Below are positions 1 through 12,536 of a stretch of DNA of 53,255 nt, in pieces. The notes under the pieces were generated by a model. It saw only the letters and a list, made by a program, of their open reading frames with translations. It made no database searches and was not told the DNA's origin. Each line of letters begins with the position of its first letter. Positions within the stretch are counted from its first letter, which is position 1. The stretch covers positions 571,129-624,383 of the forward strand of contig NW_008246077.1 of assembly GCF_000281045.1 (NCBI RefSeq), read 5' to 3'. A program made the position numbers and the translations under genes. The DNA comes from Saprolegnia diclina VS20 (taxonomy: Eukaryota).

Positions 1-1
1 G

Positions 2-3000
2 ATGACAAACATCTACTTCCTCTTCATCTGCATCCTGGAGATGACGCCGGGCATCTCGACATCCGGCGGCATCCCGACGACCGCGCTGCCGCTCCTAGTC
101 GTCATTGCCATTGACGCCTTCTTCCAGGTCGTCGAAGACTACGCGCGACATGTCGACGACGACGTGGCCAACCACCGGGTGGCGCACCGGTTACTCTCGA
201 CGGGCGCTTACGAGTCAACTACATGGCAAGAGCTCCGCGTCGGCGACATTGTGCGCATCTTAAACGGGTCCATCGCGCCGGCCGACGTCATTCTACTGCA
301 AGTCGAGTACGGCGTCGACGAAGCGCCACGGCACTACAGCTACGTCGAGACGTCGAGCTTGGACGGCGAGACGAACTTGAAGATCCGCGAGGCGCTGCCC
401 GAGACGCACGGCCGGTCACTGCACCGGCTCGAAGGCGTGGTCCAGTGCGACCAGCCCAACGCCTCGGTCAACTCGTTTAGCGGCCAGCTGCATTTCGCCG
501 ATCGCTTGGCGTCGACGCCGCTCCAAGCCACGAACGTTCTCTTGCGGGGCTGCATCTTGCGCAACACGCCGGCGGTCGTCGGCCTTGTCTTTGCCACCGG
601 TCACGACACCAAAGTGCTCCAGTGCGCGCGGGCGTGTCCCAACAAGCGCAGCTTTGTTGAGAGCCAAGTCAACCGCGAACTCTGGTGCATGGTCATGCTC
701 CTCTTGGCGAGCTGCGGCGCGGCCGCAACGATCTCGACCTTCTTCGACTGCCTCGAGCTCCCGCGCGCGTGGTACATGCGTCTGGAGGCGCCGCCGTCGA
801 TCGCGGTGGCGTTTTGCCAGTCGTTTCTGCGCTTCTTTCTTTTGCTCTCGAACGTCGTGCCCATCTCTTTGGTAGTCACGCTCAACATGGTCAAGTCGCT
901 GCAAGCGTCGCTCATGGAACGCGACCGCCACCTCCGCGATCCCTCAAACAGCGCGCCGTGCCGGGTCAAGACCATGGCGCTCAACGAAGACCTCGGGCAA
1001 GTTTCGCACATTGTCACGGACAAAACTGGGACGCTTACGCGAAACGTCATGGTCTTCCGCGCCTGTTCGGTCAACGGCGTCCTCTACGGCGGCAAGGCTG
1101 CCCCCAATGTATCCAAGTGGATGGCTTTTGCCGATGCACACTTTGACACTTGCCTCGGCGCCGGCGATGGTCCGCTGTGTACATTCTTATTGCACCTCGC
1201 GCTCTCCCACTCGGTGCTGGCGACACGTCCCGCCGACTTGAGCGAGCTCGTGGCCGCGGCCGCGTCGCCGGACGAGCAGGCGCTTCTGGCCATGGCGTAT
1301 GCCTATGGCTACCGCTTTCTTGGACGGCAACCCGGCAAAGCGACCGTCCAAGTACCGGGCCACGGCCCCGTGACGTTTGACGTGCTCCACGTGCTCGAGT
1401 TTTCCAGCGCTCGCAAGCGCATGTCGGTCGTCATTCGCAACCCGCTGCGCGACAACGCGATTCAATTGCTGGTCAAAGGCGCCGACAACGTGCTATTGCC
1501 GCGCGCCGTTGCGTCACCGACCACAAACCTGCACCTACAGGCCATGGCGCGCGACGGCCTCCGGACGCTCGTGATTGCACAGCGCACGTTGCCACCGGCG
1601 CTCTACGCAGACTGGGAGAGGCGGTACGCGATTGCTGTACGGGATGTGGCACACGTGCAAGCCAAGGCCAAGCAGCAGCCCAATGCAATTGATGCGCTCA
1701 TGGACGAGCTCGAAACGGACCTTGATGTGCTGGGCGCGACCGGCATTGAAGACGGACTCCAGGCGTACGTGCCGGCGACGATCGAAAAGCTACGCCTCGC
1801 AGGAATCAAGATATGGATGCTCACGGGCGACCACGTGGATACCGCGCTCAACGTGGCCCGGGCGTGCAATTTACTCAAGAATACCACGAGCCAGCTCTTA
1901 TTGCTGCAGTGCGCGACGCCGACCGAGTGCTTTCGGGAGCTCCGAGGCCTCCAGAGCCGCATGCAACCGCGCACCAAGTACGCGCTCGTGGTCGACGGCG
2001 ACGCCTTGTACCATGTGATGAACCTCCCGTCGGCGCACGATGCGTTCGCGGATGTTGTCCGCGCCTGCGAAGTCGTCCTCGCGTGTCGTACGTCGCCCAT
2101 GCAAAAGGCGCAGGTCGTCGAGCTTGTCCAGGTCTGCTTCCATAGCCACTTGGATGGATAGATGACGCGTGATTGTAGGGACTCTTGGCGGGGACCCCGG
2201 GGCGCGTGTTGGCGATCGGCGACGGCGCCAACGACGTGGCCATGATCCAGTGCGCGCATATCGGCGTCGGCATCTGCGGCCAAGAAGGGCTCCAGGCCGC
2301 CAACGTCAGCGACTATGCGATCGCGCAGTTTTCGCTCTTGCTCCGGCTCCTCTTTGTACACGGCCGCCTCAATTACCAGCGCACGACGTTCCTCGTGCGC
2401 TATGTTTTTTACAAAAACATCATTTTGGTACAGACTAAATGGACGAATGAACGGGCTAAAGTTGGTCATCTTGTCGAATAGGTCATGTCGGAGTTTTGGT
2501 ACAGCCTCGTGAGCGGCGTCTCGGGCCAGAAATTCTACAACGAAGTCGCTGTCGACAGCTTCAACACGCTCTACACCGCACTGCCCATCGTGCTCTTTGC
2601 CATCATGGACAAGGTACCCGAATCTTGTCCTATGTCTAGACCATTTGACATAGGACTTGCCGTCCTGGATGTGTGAAAGCGTACCTGGCTTGTACTCGAT
2701 TGGCATTGGCAATGGCCTCTTTCGCCGCCGGTACAGTCCATCCATTCCATGGAGGTCGACGAGCATATGGACGTGTAGGATGATTTGGACGTGGATCCTC
2801 TCGGGCGTCTTCGAGTCGCTCGTCATTTGCATGGTCGCTGTGCTTACCATGAGCAGTTGCGACTCGTTGGGGCGGCCGTTTGGCATGTGGGAGTCGGGTG
2901 CTCTTGTCTTTACCCAGATTGTGCTCGTCGTCAACTACAAGGTAGCTACACGAGAATGTGAAATATGCTGACGATCCAGAGTAGCTGGCGCTGCACCAGA

Positions 3001-3473
3001 GTTCGTGGACGCTCGTGCAAGGCGCCGTGCTCGCACTGAGCATCCTCGCGTGGTTTGTCTCGGCATTTGTCATTTCTGCGTCGCCCGACATTAGCACGGC
3101 GTGGTATGACATCTTCCCGATCGTCATGACGTCCAACTTTTACTGGTTCGCATCGCTCTTGATCCCGGTCGTCGCGCTCTCGGTCGACCTTGTTGGTGGC
3201 GCCGTCACCACGAGCTTTCAACCGTCCAACGTCCGCGTCCTCCGCGAAGCGCTCCAAGAGCCGACGCAGAAGGAGACGCTGCGCGACCGCATGTGGCAGC
3301 TGCCCGAGGTACGCGCAACTTGTTACGTCGGATGCTGACGCATTGACGAGTAGAAACAACCGGCGCCGCTCTCAGGGTACGCGTCTGGCGTCGACGAGTT
3401 TACGGCGACGGCCGAGGCTCGACGAAGCACGACCGGATGGAACCCGCTTGGGCAGGATATAGACACGACGTGA
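2..3473 (+). CDS. P4-type ATPase (phospholipid flippase), 5'-partial, multi-exon
   Basis: Motifs [13 protein letters not shown] (TM4), DKTGTLT (phosphorylated Asp), [20 protein letters not shown] and GDGANDV. Short GT-AG introns, e.g. 2132-2178, 2428-2481 and 2614-2653. The last exon [12 protein letters not shown]...DIDTT ends at TGA 3471-3473. Confidence 0.95.
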
Positions 3474-3959
3474 GCCACGTTGTTCGCTGCGTGATAGATG
3501 ACGATGATGTATCGACGAATGGAGATGTACATGTAGTCGATGTGAGACCATGGAATCATGGCGCATTGATGGAAGCGGACGAGAAGCAATGGTAGGAGGT
3601 CGATGCGAGTGGCTGCCACCGCGCCGGCAACGAGCCGATCGTAACAGATCAGGTCGCCGCTCTTCTTGCCCCACTGGTGTTCCATGAGCTTGTTAATGAA
3701 GCTGGCAGGTCATACAAGGATGTGCATCGGTGTAGGATCCGACCACGCAAGCAGTAGGTCCCTTGCAAGGGTCGGTCCGTGGTGAGGTGCAGAGGTCCCG
3801 GACCATCAAAGGATGCTACATGCTCTTGTAAGCAAAGAGTCTTCTTCCACCTCGTCCTCCATGTGGTGTTCGTCCCATGCGTCCATGATGGTGGGAGGCG
3901 CTAGGAAGCGCTGCGTCGAGGGTCGGATGTCGTGCGCTGGCGATCTGTGCTCGGCGGGT

Positions 3960-4265
3960 CCAATTCCCAACTGCTTTCCCCTGATAAAATTTCCACCAAT
4001 CACAACGCTCGTCCAACGTGTGCATTTTTTTAATTGTTCGCGAGGTGGGTTTGTAACGATTTTCAAATGCACCAATGGGCGCGCTGCGTGAGCATTTTGG
4101 CCTGTAATTCCGCGAATCAACGCATGCCAAAGATTTCTACACACCAATCAAATAGGTGTATTTTAGCTGACCAATCACAAAGAATGCAACGCGCCCACGC
4201 CACCGAAGCTCGCCAGACGGGCCCAATATTCAAATTCCTGTACGAACGTCATTTTTTCAATTTGC
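3960..4265 (+). promoter_or_regulatory. Histone H1 promoter: cluster of CCAAT boxes plus oomycete INR-FPR core element
   Basis: CCAAT occurs at 3960, 3996, 4072, 4144, 4171 and 4223. TCATTTTTTCAATTTGC at about 4249-4265 matches the oomycete INR/FPR pattern just upstream of ATG 4278. Confidence 0.7.
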
Positions 4266-4277
4266 CCGACCAGCACA

Positions 4278-4964
4278 ATGGCCAAAGCCGCTGCCGCCAC
4301 CGACGCTCCGGTCGCCGAGACCCCGATCTTGAAGGAGAAGAAGCCGCGCGCCGCCAAGGAGGCCAAGCCGGCCGCCGTCAAGGCTGCCGCGAAGCCTGCT
4401 GCCAAGGCCAAGGCTGCGCCCAAGAAGAAGGCTGCTGCCGTTGCCAAGGCCGCGCCCAGCACGTCGTACTACGACTGCATTAAGGAGGCTATCCTTGCCC
4501 TTGCTGAGCGCATGGGCTCGTCGCGCCAGGCGATCTCCAAGTTTGTCCAGAACAAGAAGGGCGACAACTTCCAGAACCACTTGCTCAACAAGGCCCTCAA
4601 GGCTGGCGTTGACAGCGAGAAGCTTGTCCAGGTCAAGGGCTCGTACAAGCTCGCCGCCTCGGAGAAGAAGCCGGTCGCCGCCAAGAAGAGCGCTGCCAAG
4701 AAGGCCGCCGCCGAGAAGGAGACGAAGGTCGTCGTCAAGAAGGCCGCTGCCAAGAAGAGCGTCGCTGCCAAGAAGGCGCCTGTCAAGAAGGCTTCCAAGC
4801 CCGCCGCCAAGAAGACGGCTGCTAAGAAGGAAGTCGCCAAGAAGACGGTCACCAAGAAGGTCGTCAAGAAGGTTGCTGCCAAGAAGACGGTGGCAAAGAA
4901 GGTCGTCAAGAAGGTTGCGGCCAAGAAGGTGGTCAAGAAGACCGCTGCCAAGAAGTCGAAGTAA
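4278..4964 (+). CDS. H1: Linker histone H1
   Basis: Intronless 228 aa ORF. Winged-helix globular core PSTSYYDCIKEAILALAERMGSSRQAISKFV...LVQVKGSYKL is flanked by K/A/P-rich tails. Confidence 0.95.
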   Translation: MAKAAAATDAPVAETPILKEKKPRAAKEAKPAAVKAAAKPAAKAKAAPKKKAAAVAKAAPSTSYYDCIKEAILALAERMGSSRQAISKFVQNKKGDNFQNHLLNKALKAGVDSEKLVQVKGSYKLAASEKKPVAAKKSAAKKAAAEKETKVVVKKAAAKKSVAAKKAPVKKASKPAAKKTAAKKEVAKKTVTKKVVKKVAAKKTVAKKVVKKVAAKKVVKKTAAKKSK

Positions 4965-5017
4965 ATGCTTCCAAGACTCTGCATGTACTCGGGCGCTACA
5001 TCGCGTCTACCCCAATC

Positions 5018-5038
5018 GGTGTTTATAAACACCACCCA
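5018..5038 (+). promoter_or_regulatory. Histone mRNA 3' stem-loop (SLBP-binding type)
   Basis: GGTGTT-TATA-AACACC forms a 6-bp stem with a 4-nt loop (U at loop positions 1 and 3). It is followed by ACCCA, preceded by CCCAATC, and lies 53 nt after the H1 stop. Confidence 0.8.
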
Positions 5039-5853
5039 ATATTTATGGAATTTTGGTGCTCGCCCCTTTGTTACCCAGCGCTCTAGGTCAAAAGCAATCG
5101 GTTGACTAGTGAGCGACGCACACCCGTTGGTGGGGGATCCATGACTCCTACGCCTGTTCACCTTGGGGACGAGGACTAGCTGAGGTCCCTTGCTGAGCGT
5201 GACGACGCACAGAGACGGCGAGAACATCAAATCAGACTGATCAGACTCGTCGTTTGAATTTTCAAATTGTGTCGTCCAGTGCCTCGAGTCGCAGGTTAAT
5301 GCGCTGTTTCAAACAGAATATAATATTCTGCGTCGTATAACATTGCCACTGTCCCAAGGCAAAACTGGGTATGAGCTGACACAGTCTTCAATTAAAACAC
5401 TGTTTCAAATACACTGTTTTGATTGAGGTCCCGATGCGCCATGGGATCGCTGGCACTTTTGGATGGTCTCGCTGAAATGTCTTGTTGGTGGAACCGACCC
5501 CATGTACATGTCCATGCACAGCGAATGTCATGGCCAGCAGATGCAGATTGCTGAAGAAAGTCATCTGCTGCCTAGCTGAGGACGAGCAAACGCCCTTGAC
5601 GGATCATGGGCGTTTGCTTGCGCCGTGGCACGGGTCCTTCAACCCGACCGATAGGTGTGCGATGCTTGAGGGAATGCAGTATATATAGCTTCCGCCTTCG
5701 TCGCCGACCTGCCGTTGACCTTTGCCATAGAATTGGATGTATCATCGGTGGTTGACACTTGCTACAAGGCACTGCAAACATGTAGGAACAGTCAGTATAC
5801 AATTGAGTCATGTCTAGCAACAACGCAAGGTCCTTCGTTGACGCATCCTTCCG

Positions 5854-7346
5854 TTAATCGTTCTTGGACGATGGCGACGGCAGTACGTCGACCGTCGCCG
5901 AGTCCATGGGCACGGTGCGGTGGAACCGGTTAAAGTCGATCACCGCGGCGCCGGACGCCTCGTCAAAGTCGACGCAGTTGACAAACTGGTGGTTGAACAT
6001 GACTTCGGACGCCTTGAACGACTGACGCATCTGAATCGTCGCCGACGACGACGCATCGATACCCTCGATGAGCACGATGATCTCCATCTACAGAGGACAT
6101 GAGCTCCATTTCCCAGAAGCATGCCTCGACGTACATGCGTCTCCTTCCAGTAGGCCAGAATCGCGTCAATCTCCGTATTGGAGAGCGATCCTTGCGCGAC
6201 CTCAGTGGCTTCGTTGAACAATTGGCCCTTGTTGGGACGATGACGGTTCTCGCGGTTGCCAGCGTCTTCGTCAGCCGCGCGCTGGACCGGCTCTACCCAC
6301 AAACGTGCACTCAACCAACGCTATCGATAGAGATAACGTACCCGGAAAGCGGTAGTGGATCGCCGGGTTGTGCTCGGGCGTGTTGGACTGCATCTCGGGC
6401 GGCAAGAGCGGGCTCCACGCATCGAGGCGGTGGACGACAATCGACGGCAGCGCGAGGATGAGCCATGCGTTCAGGTCGTCGTCCGGGTGCTGGAGACGCA
6501 TTGGGAACGACTGCACGTGGTGGATCTGGTGGGCCATGTGCGGGTGGCGCGACTTGTGCATGATGGCATAGCAGCGCACGTGGGCTTCGTTGAGCTACAT
6601 GCCAAATTTGAGATGCAACTTCATTGTGAGAGGCAAGAAGGACCTGGTGCTTGCGCATCTCGCACGTCTGAAACATAAAGTAGAGGTCGCCACGGAGCTT
6701 CTGGAGGCATGCGTAGTTGGAGACGGCGACCGTGCTCGCACGCGCCTGGCCACGCGCGAACCGCTGGTACACGACACCAAAGACCACGGCGTTGATGAGC
6801 ACGCCGGCCATCGACTAGTCATTCCATTCGCCCACGGCCACATGGACATGCACGTGTGTACCTCGGTCGTGATGGCGACGATCGCGCTGCCGCAGTTGTT
6901 GAAGAAGATGTCGTTGCCGCCCGTGCCAAAACCAATCGTGGCAATGACACTCACCGAGAAGATCCACGCTTCACCAAACGTGTTGATCGCGAGGTTGCAC
7001 CGGCTCGGGACCGTCATGTACATGAGCGCGTAAAAGCCAATGAGCCCGAGGTACTAGACCAACGTCAAGGTCCATTCGACGAGGCAAGAAAGGACGTACG
7101 ACCAGCGAAAACCACAAGAGCACTTTGCTAAAGCTCTGGTTGACGAGCGTGTGGAACGGCGCCTGGAAGTAGAGCTTCCACGCTTCGGGCGTGCGGATGC
7201 GGCGAATGCTACGACGCTGGACGTTAGTGGATGATCGCCTCCGGGTGGCGCGCGTACTTCCACGTGCCACGCGACTGCCGGAACGGTCCGTTGCGGTCAA
7301 TGAGGCGCGTGGGCTCAGCGCGGGCAAACTGCGGCCCGTCCGTCAT
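5854..7346 (-). CDS. Inward-rectifier K+ channel (Kir/IRK family), multi-exon
   Basis: Slide helix YFQAPFHTLV, pore helix and filter FGEAWIFSVSVIATIGFG, TM2 GVVYQRFARGQARASTVAVS, cytosolic LYFMFQTCEMRKHQ, and C-terminal EIIVLIEGIDASSSATIQMRQSF. The start is approximate. Confidence 0.9.
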
Positions 7347-8605
7347 CTCGCGGTACTCTAGCATCCAACGGCAAGTTGAGTTGTGCGGCGGCAAAGGCAG
7401 CGAAGTATCTCGTACCGGCCACATCGGTCGACGATTTGTTCGAACCTTCTGCGCGCATGCTTTTGTAAAGTGATTTGCCGGCCAATTATACTCTGTCGGC
7501 AGCGAAACAGCCGCGCGATCCGACCGTATCTTGGGTGCTTGCGTCGGGTCAAATTGGTAGGACCTGTAGATGGGGACCTATGCAATCCAAAAACGTCGAT
7601 AAGCGATTGCAAGACACAATGTGGTTTTTGGGGAGACCTCTATGCGAGGTGGGACCCAAAAATACATGGTGACGATGCGACACACCTCTCGCAAGAGGCG
7701 TCGCAGGCAGCAGTCTGGCGCACTGTCTTGAAGCGACTGACTCGCCATCAGCGACGTGCAGCAGAATATCGCTTCCGTCGTCCATTGCGACGTCTGCATG
7801 TTCCTTACCGGCGACCATTTTTTGCGCCCACTTCGATGGGGCCAGTTGAAGAGTTACCGTGTACAAGCTCACAGGCATTTGCGATGATGTGGCAGCCGTT
7901 GCTGGATACCGGTGCACCAACCCTGATGCAAACCACCGCGAATCGCTGGCAAGCCGCTGACACCATGCATTCAGCACTCTGTACGGAATACTAGCGTTAG
8001 CACAAGGTGTAGCTCATTTCCTTCCTGCGAGAACGCAGCATGCAAAGAAAGCCGCGAGCTTGGGCACAGTTCGTCGCATCACTCTCGGGTTGCTGGCGCG
8101 ACAAGTGCGAAATAATTGGACCCATGTCGCCACGGATCCAGGTACACCGGTGTATGCATTCGTCAATGTAGACCGCTTTGTGGACGATCGTGGCCGCAAA
8201 TGGGATGTTCCTCGTTCTCTGTACTTGGCAGGTGCTGCACCTGTACTGGGACGGATCTGGCGCACTGGGATGCTCGGATCCGCCCACATTCTGCGAGCGC
8301 CACGCTCGACGTCCACCCAAAGACAAACTTCGCTCCAGTATAGAAGGTCCAATTCAGCGAATCAACTCTGTCCTTTCTGACTGCATTACGCCTCCTTCCT
8401 ATATACGTTCCCCGTTCCTGGCGCGTGTTTACCTTTCGCTTCCTCCTCTACACTGGCCTCATGCAAAAGGCAACTTCAATTACCTTCCTCTATGCATATA
8501 TTCTCATAATTAATACCTATATATTTTGATATATATCGAGCCACCTCCAGGATTGCATACCGGCAATATCGAAGCTCGTTTTCGGATCATCCGCAGTCGA
8601 CGACG

Positions 8606-11600
8606 ATGGACGGGTACGCGCGTCGGTGGATGACCTTCTTGCGCGTCGAGAGCGCCGAGGTCGAGCGCAAGGCCTACGAGACGCTGCGCGATCGCATGCA
8701 GTTCAAGGCTGGCGAGCACCACCCGCTGAGCGACGACGCGGCGAATCCATGGAACCAAGCCTTTGAGGACGAGCCGCTCGTGCGCGAGATCAAGACGGAC
8801 CTCGACCGCCTGTACCCGCAAGGCCGCGAAATGTACTTCCAGGAGCGCCCGGCGTACATGGCCATTCTGCACAACGTGCTCTTTGTGTGGTGCAAGACGC
8901 ACCCGGCGGTCGGCTACCGACAGGGTATGCACGACCTCGCCGCCGTCGTCCTCTACGCCGTCGTACATTCGACGAGCAAGCCAATGGACGAAGACACGAT
9001 CGACGAGTTTACCGAGCATGACGTCTACATCCTCTTTGCCGCGCTCATGAGCCAAATGGAGCCACTCTATGCCGTGCACCAGACACCCTTGGCGCGCGAC
9101 GACGCCGTCACCGAGACGACCGCCGACAGCTTGTTTCGGCCGGCAACACCCAGCGCGCTCGCGCCACTCTCGCAGCTCCAGACGCTCTGCCAGTTTATCC
9201 AGCACGACCTCTTGGCCAAGCACGACCCGCAGCTCGCTTGCCACCTCCAGCACGTCGATGTCCTGCCTGAAACGTACTGCTTGCGCTGGGCACGGCTGCT
9301 GCTCGCACGCGAGTTCCCACTCGATGACATTGTCCGCGTCTGGGACGCCATGCTCGCGCACGAATCCACCTGTGCTATTACGTCGTCGCCGCCGATCGGG
9401 TTTGCCCTGCTCCCGTACCTCTGCGTGTCGATTTTGATCCATTTCTCAAAGACGCTCCGCGGCTCGGATAACACGGGGTGTCTCCAGCTGCTCATGCGCC
9501 CCGCCGAGCTCAGCGCGGCCGAGATCATCGACAGCGCCCGCCTTCTCTTGGACCCGTTCCGCGAAGCGCAGCACGAAGACATGGACATTGTCGAGTTTGG
9601 GCCTGGGTCGCTCGGTGTCGTCTTGACTGCCGCGCAATCGCCGTTCGAGAACCGCCTCGCAGTCAAAGAATTCAAGCCAACGGCCTCTTCGGGGGCGCCA
9701 AAGGGGCCCGCAGAAGCGTCGGGCGTCGTCCGCATCGGTGATCTCGTCGAGTCGGTCAACGGCGTCAAGATCTACGGCATGAGTACGGACGACATCCGCA
9801 AGCACATTGCATTGCTCCCGCGGCCGCTCGTCATGTCGTTCCTGCACGTTGAAGACGCTTTGCCCACGGCCGATGCCTCGGCGCTCGACGACTTGAGCTC
9901 GTTTGGTATCGTTCCTGACTTTTTGCCCGGCGAGCAGTGCTACGCCCACGTCGAGACGTCCATGTACGCGCCCGTGTTCCACCCGCCGTCGGGCACGTGT
10001 GCGTCGCACTACATGGCCGGTCGCCTCTTCTTGACCAACTACCGGTGCATCTTCCAGCCCGAGGCAGGAACGTCGTCGCGTTGGGAGATGCCGGTGCTTT
10101 CGATCGCGTCGATTCTCGCCGAGTCGTCGCTCGTAGAGTCCGGTACGCACCACGTGGCGGTCGTGCCGGCCTCGCACACGCTCGGCGTCGTCTGCAAGGA
10201 CACGCAGAGCGTCCGGTTTACGTTTCGGAATCATGCCGAGTACGCGCGCATGTTCAAATGCCTCACGGTGCTCGCGTACCCGGCGTCGCTCACGGATGCC
10301 TTTTGCTTTGTCTACCGCCCGCTCTTGCTGCCGGCGAAGCAGCTGCCGTCGTTCGACATTCGCGACGACTATGAGCGCCTCGGGCTCCTCGGCCCGCGCT
10401 TCCGCTGCATTGACCAAGCCTACTTGCTCTGCGACACGTATCCCCGGTACCTCGTCGTGCCCGTCGCCATGTCGGACGTCAAGCTCCAGGCTGCCGCCGC
10501 GTTCCGGTCGAGTCGACGTCTTCCCGCCGTGTGCTGGCAGCACCCAACGAATGGCGCGGTGATTTGCCGCTCGTCGCAGCCGCTTGTCGGACTCAAGTCG
10601 GCGCGGTCGAGCGAGGACGAAGACCTCGTCCGGCTACTGTGCCAGCCAGAGAACCCGGCGGCCCTTGGCGCGTACCAAAGTCACCGGTACGTCATCATGG
10701 ACGCGCGTGGGCAGCTCGCGGCGGCAGGCAACAAGGCGATGGGCAAGGGCACCGAGAGCCCGGCCAACTACCGCGGCGCCAAAGTTGTCTTTATGAACAT
10801 GGACAATATCCACGCGGTGCGCGGCTCGTTCCAGGCGCTTGTCGCGGCGTTCGACCCGCTCAGCGACGACAACTACCTCGCCAAAGTCGATGGTTCGGGC
10901 TGGCTCAAGCACGTGCGACTGGTACGAAATTGAGAGGTTTGGAAACACTCGAGGACGACTCTTACTAGGTGCTTCGCGGGTCGTGGGAGCTTGCCGAGTA
11001 CGTGCACAGCGGCGTGTCGGTGCTCACGCACTGCAGCGACGGCTGGGACCGCACGTCGCAAATGGTGTCGCTGGCCGAGCTCATGCTCGATCCATTCTAC
11101 CGGACGCTGGCGGGCTTTCAGGTTTGGACCAAAAACTCAAGATGAGAATGTGATCGCATGGAGGCTAGGTGCTCGTCGAGAAGGAATGGTGCAGCTTTGG
11201 CCATCAGTTTGGCTTGCGCTGTGGCCACGCGCGCAGTGATGTCTCGAACGAGCAGCGGTCGCCGATCTTCCTTCTCTGGCTCGACTGCGTCTGGCAAATC
11301 ATGCGCCAGTTTGAGACCGAGTGCGAGTTCAACGAGAGCTGCCTCCTCCTCCTCGCCGACCACGTGTACTCGTGCAAGTATGGCAACTTTATGTTTGACT
11401 CGGAGAAAGCCCGACTCGAGTGCGCCAAGCACCACACTGCTGCGAGCATTTGGGCCGACATGCACGCGTCACGGGACAAGTTTGTCAACCCGCAGTTTGC
11501 GCCCCAGCGCACGCTCCTCTTTCCGAGCACGACATGGAAGAATATCAAGTCGACTTGGTTGATATTGTGCCTGATTGTCTCATGGTCAACGTGTAGGCTC

Positions 11601-11669
11601 TGGAAGGCGTACTTTGCGCGCTTTGACCCGACGTTTGTGCCGCCTGTGGCCAAACTCCAGTTCTACTAA
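8606..11669 (+). CDS. TBC (TBC1D5-like RabGAP)-PDZ-PH/GRAM-myotubularin phosphatase fusion
   Basis: [14 protein letters not shown] (R finger), YRQGMHDL (Q finger), [20 protein letters not shown]...[36 protein letters not shown]. Myotubularin: [40 protein letters not shown]. Introns at 10922-10968, 11122-11168 and 11549-11596. Confidence 0.9.
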
Positions 11670-12536
11670 ACTTTAGTTCTACTAAACGCACGATTCATTG
11701 TCCACGGACGCTTGTATGATATATTGATACTAACACAATTGTAATGTCTTGGTCAGTCGTTGCTGCTGCCCTAGCGACTGCGGGCACGTAAGTCGTCGGC
11801 TTGCACCCACGATGACCCCCTGCCACAGTGACGACAAACAGGATCCAGATCTGACATCGTCGTCCAGATCTTTAGAGAGGACGCTGGGCTACTGGGTACG
11901 ACCAGATTGGTCATGAGCGAGGTCCCATTCGTCAGGACGCGCACTGATGCTCATCACTTTGGCTCGCACGCATCGCGCTTGGAACAGCGGAGGAAGAGTT
12001 CGTACGTTGTACTCTCAAAGTCCAGTTAAACTGCCGGCTTTACCACTACGGACTCCATCGACGACGGACAAACGGCTTCGAGGGTTGTGGTTGTATCAAG
12101 GTTCTGTCAATGGTGGTGTGCACTCAACGCGTGAGCTGCTACTACGAGCAGCAGAGTATCTGATAGCAAACGCATTACTACGGTTGTTTTGCTTGGTCGG
12201 ACAAACCATTCTGTGGCACGTTGAAGCCGACATTATTCCCTCGACTGAAATTCGTCCAGAGAAAGTGAATAACCAAGGGTGGTCATTGACGGGTTTTTTT
12301 TAATGATCGCTCATTTCCATTGTAAGCTTACCGTAGTAGTTATTCCCTTGGTCCAGAGGTACTCGTGCCCTAAACGATCAGCTTGGGTGGGCGTGGGAGG
12401 AGGCGCCGTCGATTCAGTGTATTCCTTTCGCACTCTGGTGCTTGGACGGAAATGCGATCACGACCGTGCGTAATGTCTGGAGCTATCACCGATCATGTCG
12501 TATCCGCCTTCCGCTTGCCACTTTGCATTTTGCAGC

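Noticed and set aside
1603..2934. Long antisense and alternate-frame ORFs over real genes (also 8510-9442, 9446-10543, 45577-46662, 46792-47925)
   Set aside because: These shadow ORFs are expected from high GC3 codon bias and have no independent motifs.
4469..5230. 253-aa hydrophobic antisense ORF (FLAATFLTT repeats)
   Set aside because: It is the mirror image of the Lys/Ala/Val codons of histone H1, not a membrane protein.
7383..8513. ORFs in the Kir/TBC divergent intergenic region
   Set aside because: The composition is non-coding-like, with no motifs and no transposase signature or terminal repeats identified.
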